A stretch of 64,000 nucleotides of DNA. It comes from Nanobdellota archaeon. GTDB lineage: Archaea; Nanobdellota; Nanobdellia; Pacearchaeales; GW2011-AR1. The stretch covers positions 1,514 to 65,513 of the forward strand of contig JAEWUG010000032.1 in the NCBI GenBank assembly GCA_023397215.1, written 5' to 3'. Positions 9,669-19,478 of the stretch are shown piece by piece; the stretch's first letter is position 1, and each line of letters starts with the position of its first letter. The notes under the pieces are model-generated. The model saw nothing but the letters and a program-made list of their open reading frames with translations. It was not told the DNA's origin and searched no databases. The position numbers and the translations under genes were made by a program.

Positions 9669-11978
9669 ATGGCAAAAATAGATGAAACTAATAAAATTGA
9701 AAGATTAAGAATTGTAGAAGCATTGCAAGATGATGCCTATAAAGGTATTGCTAGAGTTGACCCTCCTGTTATGAGAAAATTAGGTTTGGATAGAGGAGAT
9801 ATTATTTCTATTAAAGGAGAAAGAGAAAGTTATTGTATTGTTGATTATGGTTATCCTGCAGATAGTGGAGAAAATATTATTAGAATTGACGGAATAACTA
9901 GAAAAAATATTAAATCAGGAATTGGGGAAAATGTAGAAATTAAAAAAGTAAATAATATTTCTGAAGCCAAAAAAATAACAATTGCACCTTTACAACAAGG
10001 GATTAGTATAAAAGGAGATCCTGAAGCAATTAAAACAAGTTTATTAGGTAAACCATTTAACAAAGGAGATATATTTGTTTTAGGAAACTTAGGAAAAAGA
10101 AGAGATTTAATGGGAGAAGACTTCCAAGACTTTTTTAGTGATATTTTTAATCAAATGGGTATTGGAATGCCTGTTGGAATGTCTCAGATTCGTTTTATTG
10201 TTGTTTCTACAAATCCTTCTGTTCCTTGTATTATTAGTGAAAATACTTCAATTACATTAAGCAATAAATTAGTTGATATTGAAGAAGAAAAAATTCCTTC
10301 AATTACATACGAAGATATCGGAGGTTTAAAACAAGAAGTTAAAAAAGTTAGGGAAATGGTAGAATTACCTCTAAAAAGACCAGAAATATTCTCAAGATTA
10401 GGAATTGAACCTCCAAAAGGTGTTTTATTATATGGACCCCCTGGAACAGGAAAGACTTTACTTGCAAGGGCTGTTGCTAATGAAAGTGAAGCAAACTTTA
10501 TGGTAATTAATGGGCCTGAAATTATGAGTAAGTTTTATGGAGAAAGTGAAAAAAAGATTAGAGAAATATTTGATGAAGCCCAAAAAAACTCGCCTTCAAT
10601 TATTTTTATTGACGAAATAGATGCAATTGCACCAAAAAGAGAAGAAGGTAATGGTGATGTTGAAAAAAGAGTTGTAAGTCAATTATTAACAATGATGGAC
10701 GGTTTACAATCAAGAGGAAAAGTTATTGTAATAGGTGCAACTAACAGACCAAATGCAATTGACCCTGCACTTAGAAGACCTGGTAGATTTGATAGAGAAG
10801 TAGAATTATCTGTCCCAGGAAAAGAAGGAAGAGTTCAAATTTTAAAAATACACACAAGAAATATGCCTTTAACAAAAGGTATTAGTTTAGAAGAACTTGC
10901 TAATAAAACCCATGGTTTTGTTGGAGCTGATTTAGAAAGTTTAAGTAAAGAAGCTGCAATGAGTGTTCTAAGAAGAAATGTTCATAAATTTAATTTAGAA
11001 GAAGATAAAGAAATTCCAAAAGAAGTATTAGATGAATTAATTATTACAAAAAAAGACTTTGATGAAGCATTAAAAGTTGTAAGGCCTTCTGCAATGAGAG
11101 AAGTATTAGTTGAAACTCCAGATATTAATTGGGATGATATTGGTGGAATTAAAGAAGTTAAACAAGAATTAAAAGAGGCAGTAGAATGGCCATTAAAATT
11201 TCCTCAAAATTTCAAAAGATTAGGTATTAGACCACCAAAAGGTATTTTATTATATGGACCTCCAGGAACAGGAAAAACATTACTTGCTAAAGCAGTTGCT
11301 AAAGAAAGTGAATCAAATTTTATTCAAATCAAAGGACCATCTTTACTAAGTATGTGGGTTGGAAAAAGTGAAGAAGGAGTTAGAAAAATATTTGAAAGAG
11401 CTAGACAAGTTTCTCCTTGTGTTATATTTTTTGATGAAATAGATGCACTTGCTGGAAAAAGAGGTGTTATGAGTAGTTCGACAAAAGTAACCGAGAATGT
11501 TTTAAATCAATTATTAGCTGAAATGGATGGTATTGAAGATTTAAATAATGTTATTGTTCTTGGTGCAACTAATAGACCCGATATATTAGATCCTGCATTA
11601 ATGAGACCTGGTAGATTTGATAGAATAATTTATGTTTCTATACCAAATAAAGAAGAAAGATTAGATATTTTGAAAATACACACAAAAAATATGCCTATTA
11701 AAAATAAAGAAAGGATAATTGAAGATTTATCAGATAAAACAGAAGGTTATACTGGTGCTGATTTAGAAAATTTAGTAAGAGAAGCAGGTATGATTGCATT
11801 AAGAGATGACATTGAAACAAAAGAAGTTACAAAAAATAATTTTGACAAGGCAATGGAAAAAGTACTTCCAAGTGTAAGCCAGTCTGACGAAGAAAGATAT
11901 AAACAAATTGAGAAAAAATATCTTAGAAGTGCTTTATCTACATTAGATTATAATAATCAAAAGAGTTATTTAGCATAA
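9669..11978 (+). CDS. cdc48: Cdc48/VCP-like double AAA+ ATPase
   Basis: N-terminal double-psi barrel followed by two AAA modules with Walker A motifs [22 protein letters not shown] and [22 protein letters not shown], and two DExx boxes ([10 protein letters not shown] and [10 protein letters not shown]). Confidence 0.9.
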   Translation: MAKIDETNKIERLRIVEALQDDAYKGIARVDPPVMRKLGLDRGDIISIKGERESYCIVDYGYPADSGENIIRIDGITRKNIKSGIGENVEIKKVNNISEAKKITIAPLQQGISIKGDPEAIKTSLLGKPFNKGDIFVLGNLGKRRDLMGEDFQDFFSDIFNQMGIGMPVGMSQIRFIVVSTNPSVPCIISENTSITLSNKLVDIEEEKIPSITYEDIGGLKQEVKKVREMVELPLKRPEIFSRLGIEPPKGVLLYGPPGTGKTLLARAVANESEANFMVINGPEIMSKFYGESEKKIREIFDEAQKNSPSIIFIDEIDAIAPKREEGNGDVEKRVVSQLLTMMDGLQSRGKVIVIGATNRPNAIDPALRRPGRFDREVELSVPGKEGRVQILKIHTRNMPLTKGISLEELANKTHGFVGADLESLSKEAAMSVLRRNVHKFNLEEDKEIPKEVLDELIITKKDFDEALKVVRPSAMREVLVETPDINWDDIGGIKEVKQELKEAVEWPLKFPQNFKRLGIRPPKGILLYGPPGTGKTLLAKAVAKESESNFIQIKGPSLLSMWVGKSEEGVRKIFERARQVSPCVIFFDEIDALAGKRGVMSSSTKVTENVLNQLLAEMDGIEDLNNVIVLGATNRPDILDPALMRPGRFDRIIYVSIPNKEERLDILKIHTKNMPIKNKERIIEDLSDKTEGYTGADLENLVREAGMIALRDDIETKEVTKNNFDKAMEKVLPSVSQSDEERYKQIEKKYLRSALSTLDYNNQKSYLA

Positions 11979-12265
11979 TGAAATATATTAATATAAAAAA
12001 ATATTTAACTAAAGAAGATTTAAGAGAATTAATTTGTTTTAAAGAAAATGAAAACTCTTTTTTATATTTTAATCCTGATTCTATTAATGAAATGAATATT
12101 GCTGATATGTTTGATAGTGAAAAAAGAAAAAAAATGAGATTAATTGCACATAATTCTTCTTATGAGGGCATTCAAAAAGATGGAAGAATATTAAATCCAT
12201 TTGAATTTTCTCCAAGAATATATAAAGGACCAATAGAAAATAGTTTTTATCTAAGAAAGAATTAA
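11978..12265 (+). CDS. Hypothetical small protein
   Basis: 95-aa ORF whose start overlaps the cdc48 stop; no recognisable motif. Confidence 0.3.
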   Translation: MKYINIKKYLTKEDLRELICFKENENSFLYFNPDSINEMNIADMFDSEKRKKMRLIAHNSSYEGIQKDGRILNPFEFSPRIYKGPIENSFYLRKN

Positions 12266-12267
12266 TT

Positions 12268-13335
12268 TTAGGTTAACTTTTCTAATTCTTTAAATAATTT
12301 TTTTTGTTCTTTTGATAAATTCTTAGGAGTTTTAACTTTTATATTAATAAATTGATCTCCAGTATTATAATATGAAAAATTCTTTATACCTTTTCCTTTT
12401 AATCTTAAAATAGTATTTGATTGAATACCTGCAGGAATTTTTATTTTAGTATTTCCATATAATGTAGGAACTAAAACAGTTGAGCCTAAAGCTGCTTGAG
12501 AAAAACTAATTTCAAAATCAAGAGAAATATCATCCCCATTTCTCTGAAAGAATTTATGAGGTTTTACATTAATAAATAATAATAAATCTCCTGTTTCTCC
12601 TTCATAAATCTCATTACCTGAATTTTGAACTCTTAATGTTTGATTATTATCAATCCCTGCAGGAATTTTTATTTTTATTTTTTCTTTTTTATTTAAAATT
12701 CCTTTACCAGAACAAGATGAACAAATTTGTTTTGGAATTTTTCCAGAACCAGAACAAGATGGACAAACTCTTGTCTGTCTAATTATACCAAAAGGTGTTC
12801 TTTGTTCTATATTTATTCTACCTTTACCAGAACATTTATCACATCTTACAAATTCTTTATTTTTTGCACCAGTACCTTCACATTTATCACATAAAATATC
12901 TCTTTTAATTTCTATCTCTTTTTCAACTCCAAAGACTGCCTCTTCAAATTCAATTGTTAATTTATATCTCAAATCATCTGCGACTTCTTCTCTTTCATAA
13001 AAATTTCTTTCTCTAAAATTATTAAAAAAACTTCCTCCAAATAAATCTTCAAAAATACTTGAAAAATCAGTACCTCTAAAAATATCTTCTTGGCTATATT
13101 GTCTATCAAAACCATTATGACCATAGGTATCATATTGATTTTTTTTAGAATCATCACTTAAAACAGCATATGCTTCACTTATTTCCTTGAATTTTTGTTC
13201 ATATTCTTGCTTTTTATCTTCAGGTGCTCTATCTGGGTGATATTTTAATGCTAATTTTTTATATGCTTTTTTTATTGTTTCTTTATCATCACCTTTTTTT
13301 ACTCCAAGAATTTCATAATAATCTTTTTTCTCCAT
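12268..13335 (-). CDS. dnaJ: Chaperone DnaJ (Hsp40)
   Basis: J-domain DYYEILGV...HPDR, a G/F region, and four CxxCxGxG zinc-finger repeats. Confidence 0.9.
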   Translation of the reverse strand: MEKKDYYEILGVKKGDDKETIKKAYKKLALKYHPDRAPEDKKQEYEQKFKEISEAYAVLSDDSKKNQYDTYGHNGFDRQYSQEDIFRGTDFSSIFEDLFGGSFFNNFRERNFYEREEVADDLRYKLTIEFEEAVFGVEKEIEIKRDILCDKCEGTGAKNKEFVRCDKCSGKGRINIEQRTPFGIIRQTRVCPSCSGSGKIPKQICSSCSGKGILNKKEKIKIKIPAGIDNNQTLRVQNSGNEIYEGETGDLLLFINVKPHKFFQRNGDDISLDFEISFSQAALGSTVLVPTLYGNTKIKIPAGIQSNTILRLKGKGIKNFSYYNTGDQFINIKVKTPKNLSKEQKKLFKELEKLT

Positions 13336-13381
13336 AATTAATTTTATTTTTCTTTCTTATTTAAGTTTTATTGAAAAAGAA

Positions 13382-15190
13382 TTATTCGTCATCAACAACT
13401 TGAGCATCTTCTACATTATCTTTCTTTTCTTTTGTTTCTTCTTTTTCTGTATTACTTTCTTGAGATGTTTGTTGATACATTTTTGTTCCTATTTCTTGAG
13501 ATATTTTTTGAATCTCTTCTAACTTTGATTTTATTTTTTCGATATCATCATTTTTCAATAATTCTTTTAGTTCACTTATTTCTTTTTCTACTTTTTCTTT
13601 TGTTTCTTTGTCTATTTTATCCTTATATTCATTTAACATTTTTTCAGTAGAATAAACTAAAGATTCTGCATTATTTTTTACTTCAATAGATTCTTTTCTT
13701 TTTTTATCTTCTTCTTTATATCTTTCTGATTCTTTTAACATTTTATCAATTTCATCTTTATTTAATCCTGAACCCCCTGTTATTGTAATTTTTTGTTCTT
13801 TGCCTGTTCCTAAATCTTTTGCAGAAACATTTACAATTCCATTTGCATCAATATCAAATGTTACTTCAATTTGAGGAACTCCTCTTGGAGCTGGAGGAAT
13901 ACCCACTAAGTCAAATCTTCCTAAGGATTTATTATCAGAAGCCATTTCTCTTTCTCCTTGTAAAACATTAATTGTTACTGCTGGTTGATTATCAGCAGCT
14001 GTTGAAAATGTTTGACTTTTTTTAGTAGGAATAGTTGTATTTCTTTCTATTAATGGAGTTCTAATACCTCCTAATGTTTCAATTCCTAAAGTTAATGGAG
14101 TAACATCTAATAACAAAATATCTTTTACATCTCCTCCTAAAATTCCTCCTTGAATTGCAGCACCTAATGAAACAGCTTCATCTGGATGAACCGATTTATC
14201 TGGAACCAAGCCAGTTAATTCTTCAACAATTTTTTGAACTTTTGGAATTCTTGTACTTCCACCAACTAAGATTATTTTATCAATTTTTTCAAGTTTAGCA
14301 TCTTTTATTGCTTGTTTAGTTGGGCCTTTTAATTTTTCAAAAATAGGGTCACAAATTTCTTCAAATTTTGCTCTTGTTAAATTAATATTCAAATGTTTAG
14401 GTCCTGTTGCATCTGCAGTAATATAAGGAATATTTATTGATGTTTGTTGTGAAGAACTTAATTCAATTTTTGCTTTTTCAGAAGCATCTTTTAATCTTTG
14501 TAAAGCAACTAAATCTTCTCTTAAATCAATTCCATTAAATTTTTTAAATTCTTTAGAAAGATAATCTATTATTGCTTCATCAACATCATCCCCACCTAAA
14601 TGATTATTTCCACTTGTTGCTTTTACTTCAAAAATTCCATCACCTAATTCTAAGACAGATACATCAAATGTTCCACCACCAAAATCAAAAACTAAAATAT
14701 TATGTGATTCTGATTTCTCTAAACCATATGCTAAAGCAGCAGCAGTTGGTTCATTTACAATTCTTTTTACATTTAATCCAGCAATTTGTCCAGCATCTTT
14801 TGTTGCTTGTCTTTGAGCATCTTCAAAATAAGCAGGAACTGTAATTACAGCATCTTTGACTTCATAACCTAAATAATTTTCAGCATCTTTCTTTAATTTT
14901 TGTAATATCATTGCTGAAATTTGCTCTGAAGTATATTCTTTTTCATCAACTTTTATTTTTGTTTTTTTACCCATTAATCGTTTTATACTTCTAATTGTAT
15001 TTTTTGGATTTGCAACTGCTTGTCTTCTTGCTATTTCTCCAACTAAAATTTCACCATTATTAATACTAACAACACTAGGAGTTGTATTATTTCCTTCTGA
15101 GTTTGGAATTATTTTTGGTTTTCCACCTTCTAATACACTCACAGCTGAGAATGTTGTTCCTAAATCAATTCCTATAATTTTATTTACCAT
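13382..15190 (-). CDS. dnaK: Chaperone DnaK (Hsp70)
   Basis: [14 protein letters not shown] and [12 protein letters not shown] signatures, with a C-terminal EEVD-like acidic tail. Confidence 0.95.
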   Translation of the reverse strand: MVNKIIGIDLGTTFSAVSVLEGGKPKIIPNSEGNNTTPSVVSINNGEILVGEIARRQAVANPKNTIRSIKRLMGKKTKIKVDEKEYTSEQISAMILQKLKKDAENYLGYEVKDAVITVPAYFEDAQRQATKDAGQIAGLNVKRIVNEPTAAALAYGLEKSESHNILVFDFGGGTFDVSVLELGDGIFEVKATSGNNHLGGDDVDEAIIDYLSKEFKKFNGIDLREDLVALQRLKDASEKAKIELSSSQQTSINIPYITADATGPKHLNINLTRAKFEEICDPIFEKLKGPTKQAIKDAKLEKIDKIILVGGSTRIPKVQKIVEELTGLVPDKSVHPDEAVSLGAAIQGGILGGDVKDILLLDVTPLTLGIETLGGIRTPLIERNTTIPTKKSQTFSTAADNQPAVTINVLQGEREMASDNKSLGRFDLVGIPPAPRGVPQIEVTFDIDANGIVNVSAKDLGTGKEQKITITGGSGLNKDEIDKMLKESERYKEEDKKRKESIEVKNNAESLVYSTEKMLNEYKDKIDKETKEKVEKEISELKELLKNDDIEKIKSKLEEIQKISQEIGTKMYQQTSQESNTEKEETKEKKDNVEDAQVVDDE

Positions 15191-15623
15191 CTTGTTTTTC
15201 TCCTTTTTTTGTGATTTTTACTTTTGAAACTCTAATAACTTTATCATTTAATAGATAACCTTTTTGTAATTCTTCTAATATCATATTTTCTTCTCCTTTA
15301 GCTTCTTGTTGCATTAAAGCTTCATGATATTTAGGGTTAAATTTTCCTTGACTATCAATTTTTCTTAATCCTCTTTTCTCCAAAAGTGAATATAATTCAG
15401 AATAAATCATTTTTATTCCTTCATCTTTTGAATATTTTAAGGATAATTCAAGGTCGTCTATTATGTCTAATAACTCTGTTATTAAACTTTCTTCTGCATT
15501 TTTAATAATTTCTATTTTCTCTTTTTCTGTTCTTTTTCTGAAATTATCAAATTCTGCTTGCAAACGCTGTAAAGTCTCTAAATATTCATTTTCTTTTGAC
15601 TTTTTTGTCTGCTCTTTGTTCAT
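15180..15623 (-). CDS. grpE: Nucleotide exchange factor GrpE
   Basis: Coiled-coil N-terminus followed by a GrpE-like C-terminal domain; overlaps the dnaK start by 11 nt, consistent with the grpE-dnaK-dnaJ operon order. Confidence 0.75.
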   Translation of the reverse strand: MNKEQTKKSKENEYLETLQRLQAEFDNFRKRTEKEKIEIIKNAEESLITELLDIIDDLELSLKYSKDEGIKMIYSELYSLLEKRGLRKIDSQGKFNPKYHEALMQQEAKGEENMILEELQKGYLLNDKVIRVSKVKITKKGEKQDGK

Positions 15624-15710
15624 TTTTTCTTAAATTTGTTGACTTTAAATCAACAAATCTGGTTTATCTAAAATCAACAAGTATTTAAACTTTTCGTTTC
15701 TTATTTTAAT

Positions 15711-16130
15711 ATGGATTATTTTAGAGAAATAACAATAATAAATTTAAACAAATTAGAAAATAATGAACTGAATCAAGAGATTCAATGGATATCTAATTGT
15801 TTAGGTATGTTTAATAAAAGGGACAAAGAAAAATCTTGTTTTAGAATTTTTATAAATTTATTAAAAGAAGAAAACCCAATTTCATCAGACGAAATAGCAG
15901 AAAGATCAAATCTCTCAAGAGGAACAGTTATTCATCATATTTCAAAATTAAGAGATTCTGGAATTGTAATTAAAAAAAATAAAGGTTATACTTTAAAAAC
16001 AAGAAATTTTGAAGAATTGATTGAAGAAATTGAAAAGGATGTTTCTAATACAATGAAAAAAATAAAAGAAGTTTCAAAACAAATTGATAAAAGATTAGAA
16101 GAAGAATTTAAAGATAAATTTATTTCTTAA
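15711..16130 (+). CDS. Winged-helix transcription regulator, divergent from grpE
   Basis: SDEIAERSNLSRGTVIHHISKLRDSGIV reads as a helix-turn-helix plus wing. The intergenic region carries a TTGTTGA-N7-TCAACAA palindrome. Confidence 0.5.
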   Translation: MDYFREITIINLNKLENNELNQEIQWISNCLGMFNKRDKEKSCFRIFINLLKEENPISSDEIAERSNLSRGTVIHHISKLRDSGIVIKKNKGYTLKTRNFEELIEEIEKDVSNTMKKIKEVSKQIDKRLEEEFKDKFIS

Positions 16131-16629
16131 GGCAAAGTGTTAATGTTACTTTGATATTGTTAGTACTAGACAAGTATATATTATAAGGATAAGACCCATA
16201 GATATTTCCACCAAAACATTCACCACCAATTATAGGGTCTATTAAATTTGTTATTTGAGAAGATTCGTTTTGCAAAATATCTAATTGATATGCTAAAATA
16301 GAGTTATCAATTTCTATAATATCTTTCATTATTTTATTTATAGAATCGTTTAATACATTACAAGAACTTCTACTTTCTAAATTATTACAAGAAAAACCTT
16401 TTGCACAACTACTTATTAAACCTTCATAGGTTTCTGTTGCACCATAAGTTATAACACAGGAAGAACTTGTTTTCATTATTGAATCTAATAATGTATTGGC
16501 TATGGGGTTTTCAGTTATTTCTACTGGTTTATTTACTTGAATCACTAAAAAGATTAAAGCAGCTATGATAACTACTACAACTATTAAAACAAAACCAATA
16601 ATTTCTTGTTGTGCTTTTTTCTCTTTCAT
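16120..16629 (-). CDS. Cys-rich secreted protein with class III (prepilin-like) signal peptide
   Basis: N-terminus MKEKKAQQEIIGFVLIVVVVIIAALIFLVI is KKA/Q followed by a hydrophobic helix; 4 Cys in the mature part. Confidence 0.45.
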   Translation of the reverse strand: MKEKKAQQEIIGFVLIVVVVIIAALIFLVIQVNKPVEITENPIANTLLDSIMKTSSSCVITYGATETYEGLISSCAKGFSCNNLESRSSCNVLNDSINKIMKDIIEIDNSILAYQLDILQNESSQITNLIDPIIGGECFGGNIYGSYPYNIYLSSTNNIKVTLTLCLKK

Positions 16630-17129
16630 ATTCCAATAATTAATTGAGCTAATTTACATTTATCTATATTTATTTTTTCTTTTTCACAAAGAGTAATATA
16701 AGAAGAATATTTTATTATATCTGTTTTATTCTCTTGATATACTTCATAATAATTACAATTATCTAAATTTTTGTTTTTACAAGAGACAATTTCATTAAAT
16801 GTTGAATCTATAATTCTAATTTCAATAGAAGATACTGGCCAAAAATTTTCATAAAGAGAATAATATTTTTCTTGTCCTAATATTTTTATTTTATCAAAAT
16901 CAACACAAAGAGAAGAACTAGAGGAACAATGAAATTCAGGGGAATTTGCAATAGAACTAATTAAACCAATTGTCTTTTGTTCATTTGCAATTTGAGCTGA
17001 TTCTTTAACATTCTGAATTTGAAAATTAAAAAAGAAAATTCCCACCATTAAAAAGAAAATAAATACAGCTACAATCATAAAAGCCATTTGCATTATTTTA
17101 TATTGTGCTTTTTTTACCATACTCTGCAA
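16626..17129 (-). CDS. Cys-rich secreted protein with class III (prepilin-like) signal peptide
   Basis: N-terminus ...VKKAQYKIMQMAFMIVAVFIFFLMVGIFFF shares the KKAQ motif with its neighbour; 6 Cys. Confidence 0.45.
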   Translation of the reverse strand: MQSMVKKAQYKIMQMAFMIVAVFIFFLMVGIFFFNFQIQNVKESAQIANEQKTIGLISSIANSPEFHCSSSSSLCVDFDKIKILGQEKYYSLYENFWPVSSIEIRIIDSTFNEIVSCKNKNLDNCNYYEVYQENKTDIIKYSSYITLCEKEKINIDKCKLAQLIIGI

Positions 17130-18058
17130 GAACCTTCTCTATTTTTAATTAATAAATTATATTGAATCGAATGTAAAGACCTTATATCAGCATTAGAATC
17201 AATTTGTTGTTTAAAACTATCTAAATCACTTTGTAAGTAATTAATACAATCTTTTTGATTTAAAATTAAAGCTTTTTCAGAATAAATATCTGTTAAAAAT
17301 GATGCTTTTTGTAATAATCTGTTTACATTACAATTGTAAATAGAAGGATTAGAAAAAATAGCAGGTAATAATAAATCTTTTTGATAATAAAGTATTATTC
17401 CTTCTTTTGATACTGCTCCAATATCATATTCATTCTCACAGTCAGGACCATTACAACCACCACTAACATAAATATCACAAGCAGAATCACTAAAACAAAC
17501 TTGTGTATAATATTCATTATTTTTACACTCTCTAAATTTTAATACAGGAATTTCTAAATTTTGTAATTGTTGTTTAAACCAATCAGGAGAGTCTTCAAGA
17601 CAAAAATGATCTTCTTCTGAAAAGAATATTAAATAATCTGATACTTTAAATGGGAAACTAAATGATTTAGACAAAGAATAGATTTTTCTCCCACCGATAT
17701 ATTCTGATGAAAAAATATATTTATCATTTATTTTTATAGGAATCCCATATTTTTCCTGACCTAAATCCATGTCAATTAATACAGATAAATCATTAGAACC
17801 AAATTCTGTAAAATTTTCACAAGAACTTTTTATTGTAACATTTTGATTAAAAGAAATTTCATTTTTTTGAGCTGAAGCAAAACCTGCTTGAAAAGGATCT
17901 GTTAAAATATCTAATTGTTTTGCTACCAATGTACTTGTTTGAAATCTACCTGTACTCGCAAATTGAGATGCACCATAAATTGCTAATATTAAAATAGCAA
18001 CACCTGCAAAAATTGCAAAAAGTAAGACAAAGTTAAATTCACCTCTTGAATAATTCAT
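17114..18058 (-). CDS. Cys-rich secreted protein with prepilin-like N-terminus
   Basis: N-terminus MNYSRGEFNFVLLFAIFAGVAILILAIYG is RG/E followed by a hydrophobic helix; about 14 Cys, including a CNGPDC segment. Confidence 0.45.
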   Translation of the reverse strand: MNYSRGEFNFVLLFAIFAGVAILILAIYGASQFASTGRFQTSTLVAKQLDILTDPFQAGFASAQKNEISFNQNVTIKSSCENFTEFGSNDLSVLIDMDLGQEKYGIPIKINDKYIFSSEYIGGRKIYSLSKSFSFPFKVSDYLIFFSEEDHFCLEDSPDWFKQQLQNLEIPVLKFRECKNNEYYTQVCFSDSACDIYVSGGCNGPDCENEYDIGAVSKEGIILYYQKDLLLPAIFSNPSIYNCNVNRLLQKASFLTDIYSEKALILNQKDCINYLQSDLDSFKQQIDSNADIRSLHSIQYNLLIKNREGSCRVW

Positions 18059-18100
18059 AGAAATATTAAATTTTAGAATATTATAAATCTAGTGGAAAAA

Positions 18101-18173
18101 TAGTCCTGCGCGGATTCGAACCGCGGTTGCGAGAGTCAGAGTCTCGTATCCTTGACCACTAGATTACAGGACT
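18101..18173 (-). tRNA. tRNA-Gln (anticodon CUG)
   Basis: The reverse complement folds as a cloverleaf: acceptor AGTCCTG/CAGGACT, anticodon stem CGAGA/TCTCG with loop CTCTGAC (U33, CUG, A37), T-arm CGCGG-TTCGAAT-CCGCG, discriminator A. No CCA is encoded. Confidence 0.8.
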
Positions 18174-18265
18174 TTAATTTAAAATAATATTATTAAATTA
18201 ATATTAAAATTTAACTAATTTTAGACCACAAGAATAATTATAAATTAAATTCTCTTTTTAAAATT

Positions 18266-18745
18266 ATGACAAAAATAAGTTTAATTGAAAGTATTTATTA
18301 TGCTTCAAAAGGTCTTTTTAAGGAAATATTGTTTGAGAGAAATATTAAAATATTAATATTATTTTCTATATTGGTACTTAGTATTGCTTTTGTTTTTAAT
18401 GTTTCCTTATTTTATTTCTTGATTTTATTTTTGGCTTGTTCTTCTTTAATTTTATTAGAAATATTAAATCATTTTTATGAAAAATTATTAGATTTACTTT
18501 GTCCTGGATACAATAAAAGAGTAGGTCAATTAAAAGATCATCTTGCAGGCATGGTTTTATTCACATTAATTATTGTTTTAATTACAAGTTTTATTATTTT
18601 ATTTAAACCTATTTTAATTTTATTTGAGATATTATCTCAGAATTTAATTTTAAGTTCTTTTTTCATTTTAAATTTTGTTTTATTAGTATTAATTGATTTT
18701 GTAATTTTCAAAAAAAGTAAGTTAAAAAAAGCCAAATTAAATTAA
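18266..18745 (+). CDS. dgkA: DgkA-family membrane kinase (diacylglycerol/undecaprenol kinase-like)
   Basis: The N-terminus ISLIESIYYASKGLFKEIL, then LEILNHFYEKLLDLL...QLKDHLAGMVLFTLIIVL, parallels E. coli DgkA (RIIKAAGYSWKGL... LEILNSAIEAVVDRI...RAKDMGSAAVLIAIIV). Confidence 0.55.
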   Translation: MTKISLIESIYYASKGLFKEILFERNIKILILFSILVLSIAFVFNVSLFYFLILFLACSSLILLEILNHFYEKLLDLLCPGYNKRVGQLKDHLAGMVLFTLIIVLITSFIILFKPILILFEILSQNLILSSFFILNFVLLVLIDFVIFKKSKLKKAKLN

Positions 18746-18781
18746 CCAAATATTTATAAATGTAATTTTGAAATAGATATT

Positions 18782-18892
18782 ATGAAAAGAAGTTCTAGAA
18801 GATGGAAAAAGAAAGGCCAAATGCGTTGGAAATGGCAAAGAAAAAGATTAAAGAAAGAAAAGCATAAGAGAAAATTACAAAGAAATAGATAA
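18782..18892 (+). CDS. rpl41e: Ribosomal protein L41e (eL41)
   Basis: Unlisted 36-aa ORF MKRSSRRWKKKGQMRWKWQRKRLKKEKHKRKLQRNR, matching the archaeal eL41 pattern RRWKKKGRMRWKW..KR.RRLKRQRKK. Confidence 0.75.
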   Translation: MKRSSRRWKKKGQMRWKWQRKRLKKEKHKRKLQRNR

Positions 18893-18932
18893 TTTTGAAA
18901 AGGTTTATAATATTGTTTTTAGTTTTAATTTT

Positions 18933-19454
18933 ATGGTTATTAATGCAATATTTAATTCTGATAAAATAAGTTCAAATAATAATGAAGCAGTGGAACTTTT
19001 CTCTAAACAAAGATTTGGTGAAAAAGACAATGAAAAAATATATTATATGTTAGAAGAAGCTTATTTTTTAGTTGAACAAAAAAAAATGATAATTTTAAAT
19101 CACAATTTAAAAGAATTAACTAAAGAAGAAATTTTAAAAAAGTTTGTTAGAATTGATAAAGAATTTTTATTGAATTATTTTGTATTTAGAGATTTAAGAA
19201 AAAAAAGCTATATTATTAAATCAGGTTTAAAATTTGGAGTTAAATTTAGAGTTTATGATAAAGGGAATAAAATAGAAAGAGATCATTCAAAATGGCTTTG
19301 TTTTATTGTTAAAGAAAGTGAAAAAATAAATTGGTATGATTTTGCTGCAAAGAATAGAATCGCAAATTCTACTAAAAAAGGTTTACTTATTTGTATTGTG
19401 GATTTAGAAAATGATATAACTTATTATGAGTCTAATTGGAAAAAAATAATGTAA
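18933..19454 (+). CDS. endA: tRNA-splicing endonuclease EndA
   Basis: VFRDLRKKSYIIKSGLKFGVKFRVY...HSKWLCFIV matches the catalytic C-terminal domain (Tyr/His/Lys triad region) of archaeal EndA; the size (173 aa) is typical of the homotetrameric form. Confidence 0.8.
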   Translation: MVINAIFNSDKISSNNNEAVELFSKQRFGEKDNEKIYYMLEEAYFLVEQKKMIILNHNLKELTKEEILKKFVRIDKEFLLNYFVFRDLRKKSYIIKSGLKFGVKFRVYDKGNKIERDHSKWLCFIVKESEKINWYDFAAKNRIANSTKKGLLICIVDLENDITYYESNWKKIM

Positions 19455-19478
19455 CCTAAATCTTATAAAGTATAATTC

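Noticed and set aside
13432-14844. Antisense ORFs inside dnaK (13432-13650 +, 14572-14844 +)
   Set aside because: Low-complexity F/L/H-rich translations opposite a highly conserved Hsp70 coding sequence; typical AT-rich antisense artefacts.
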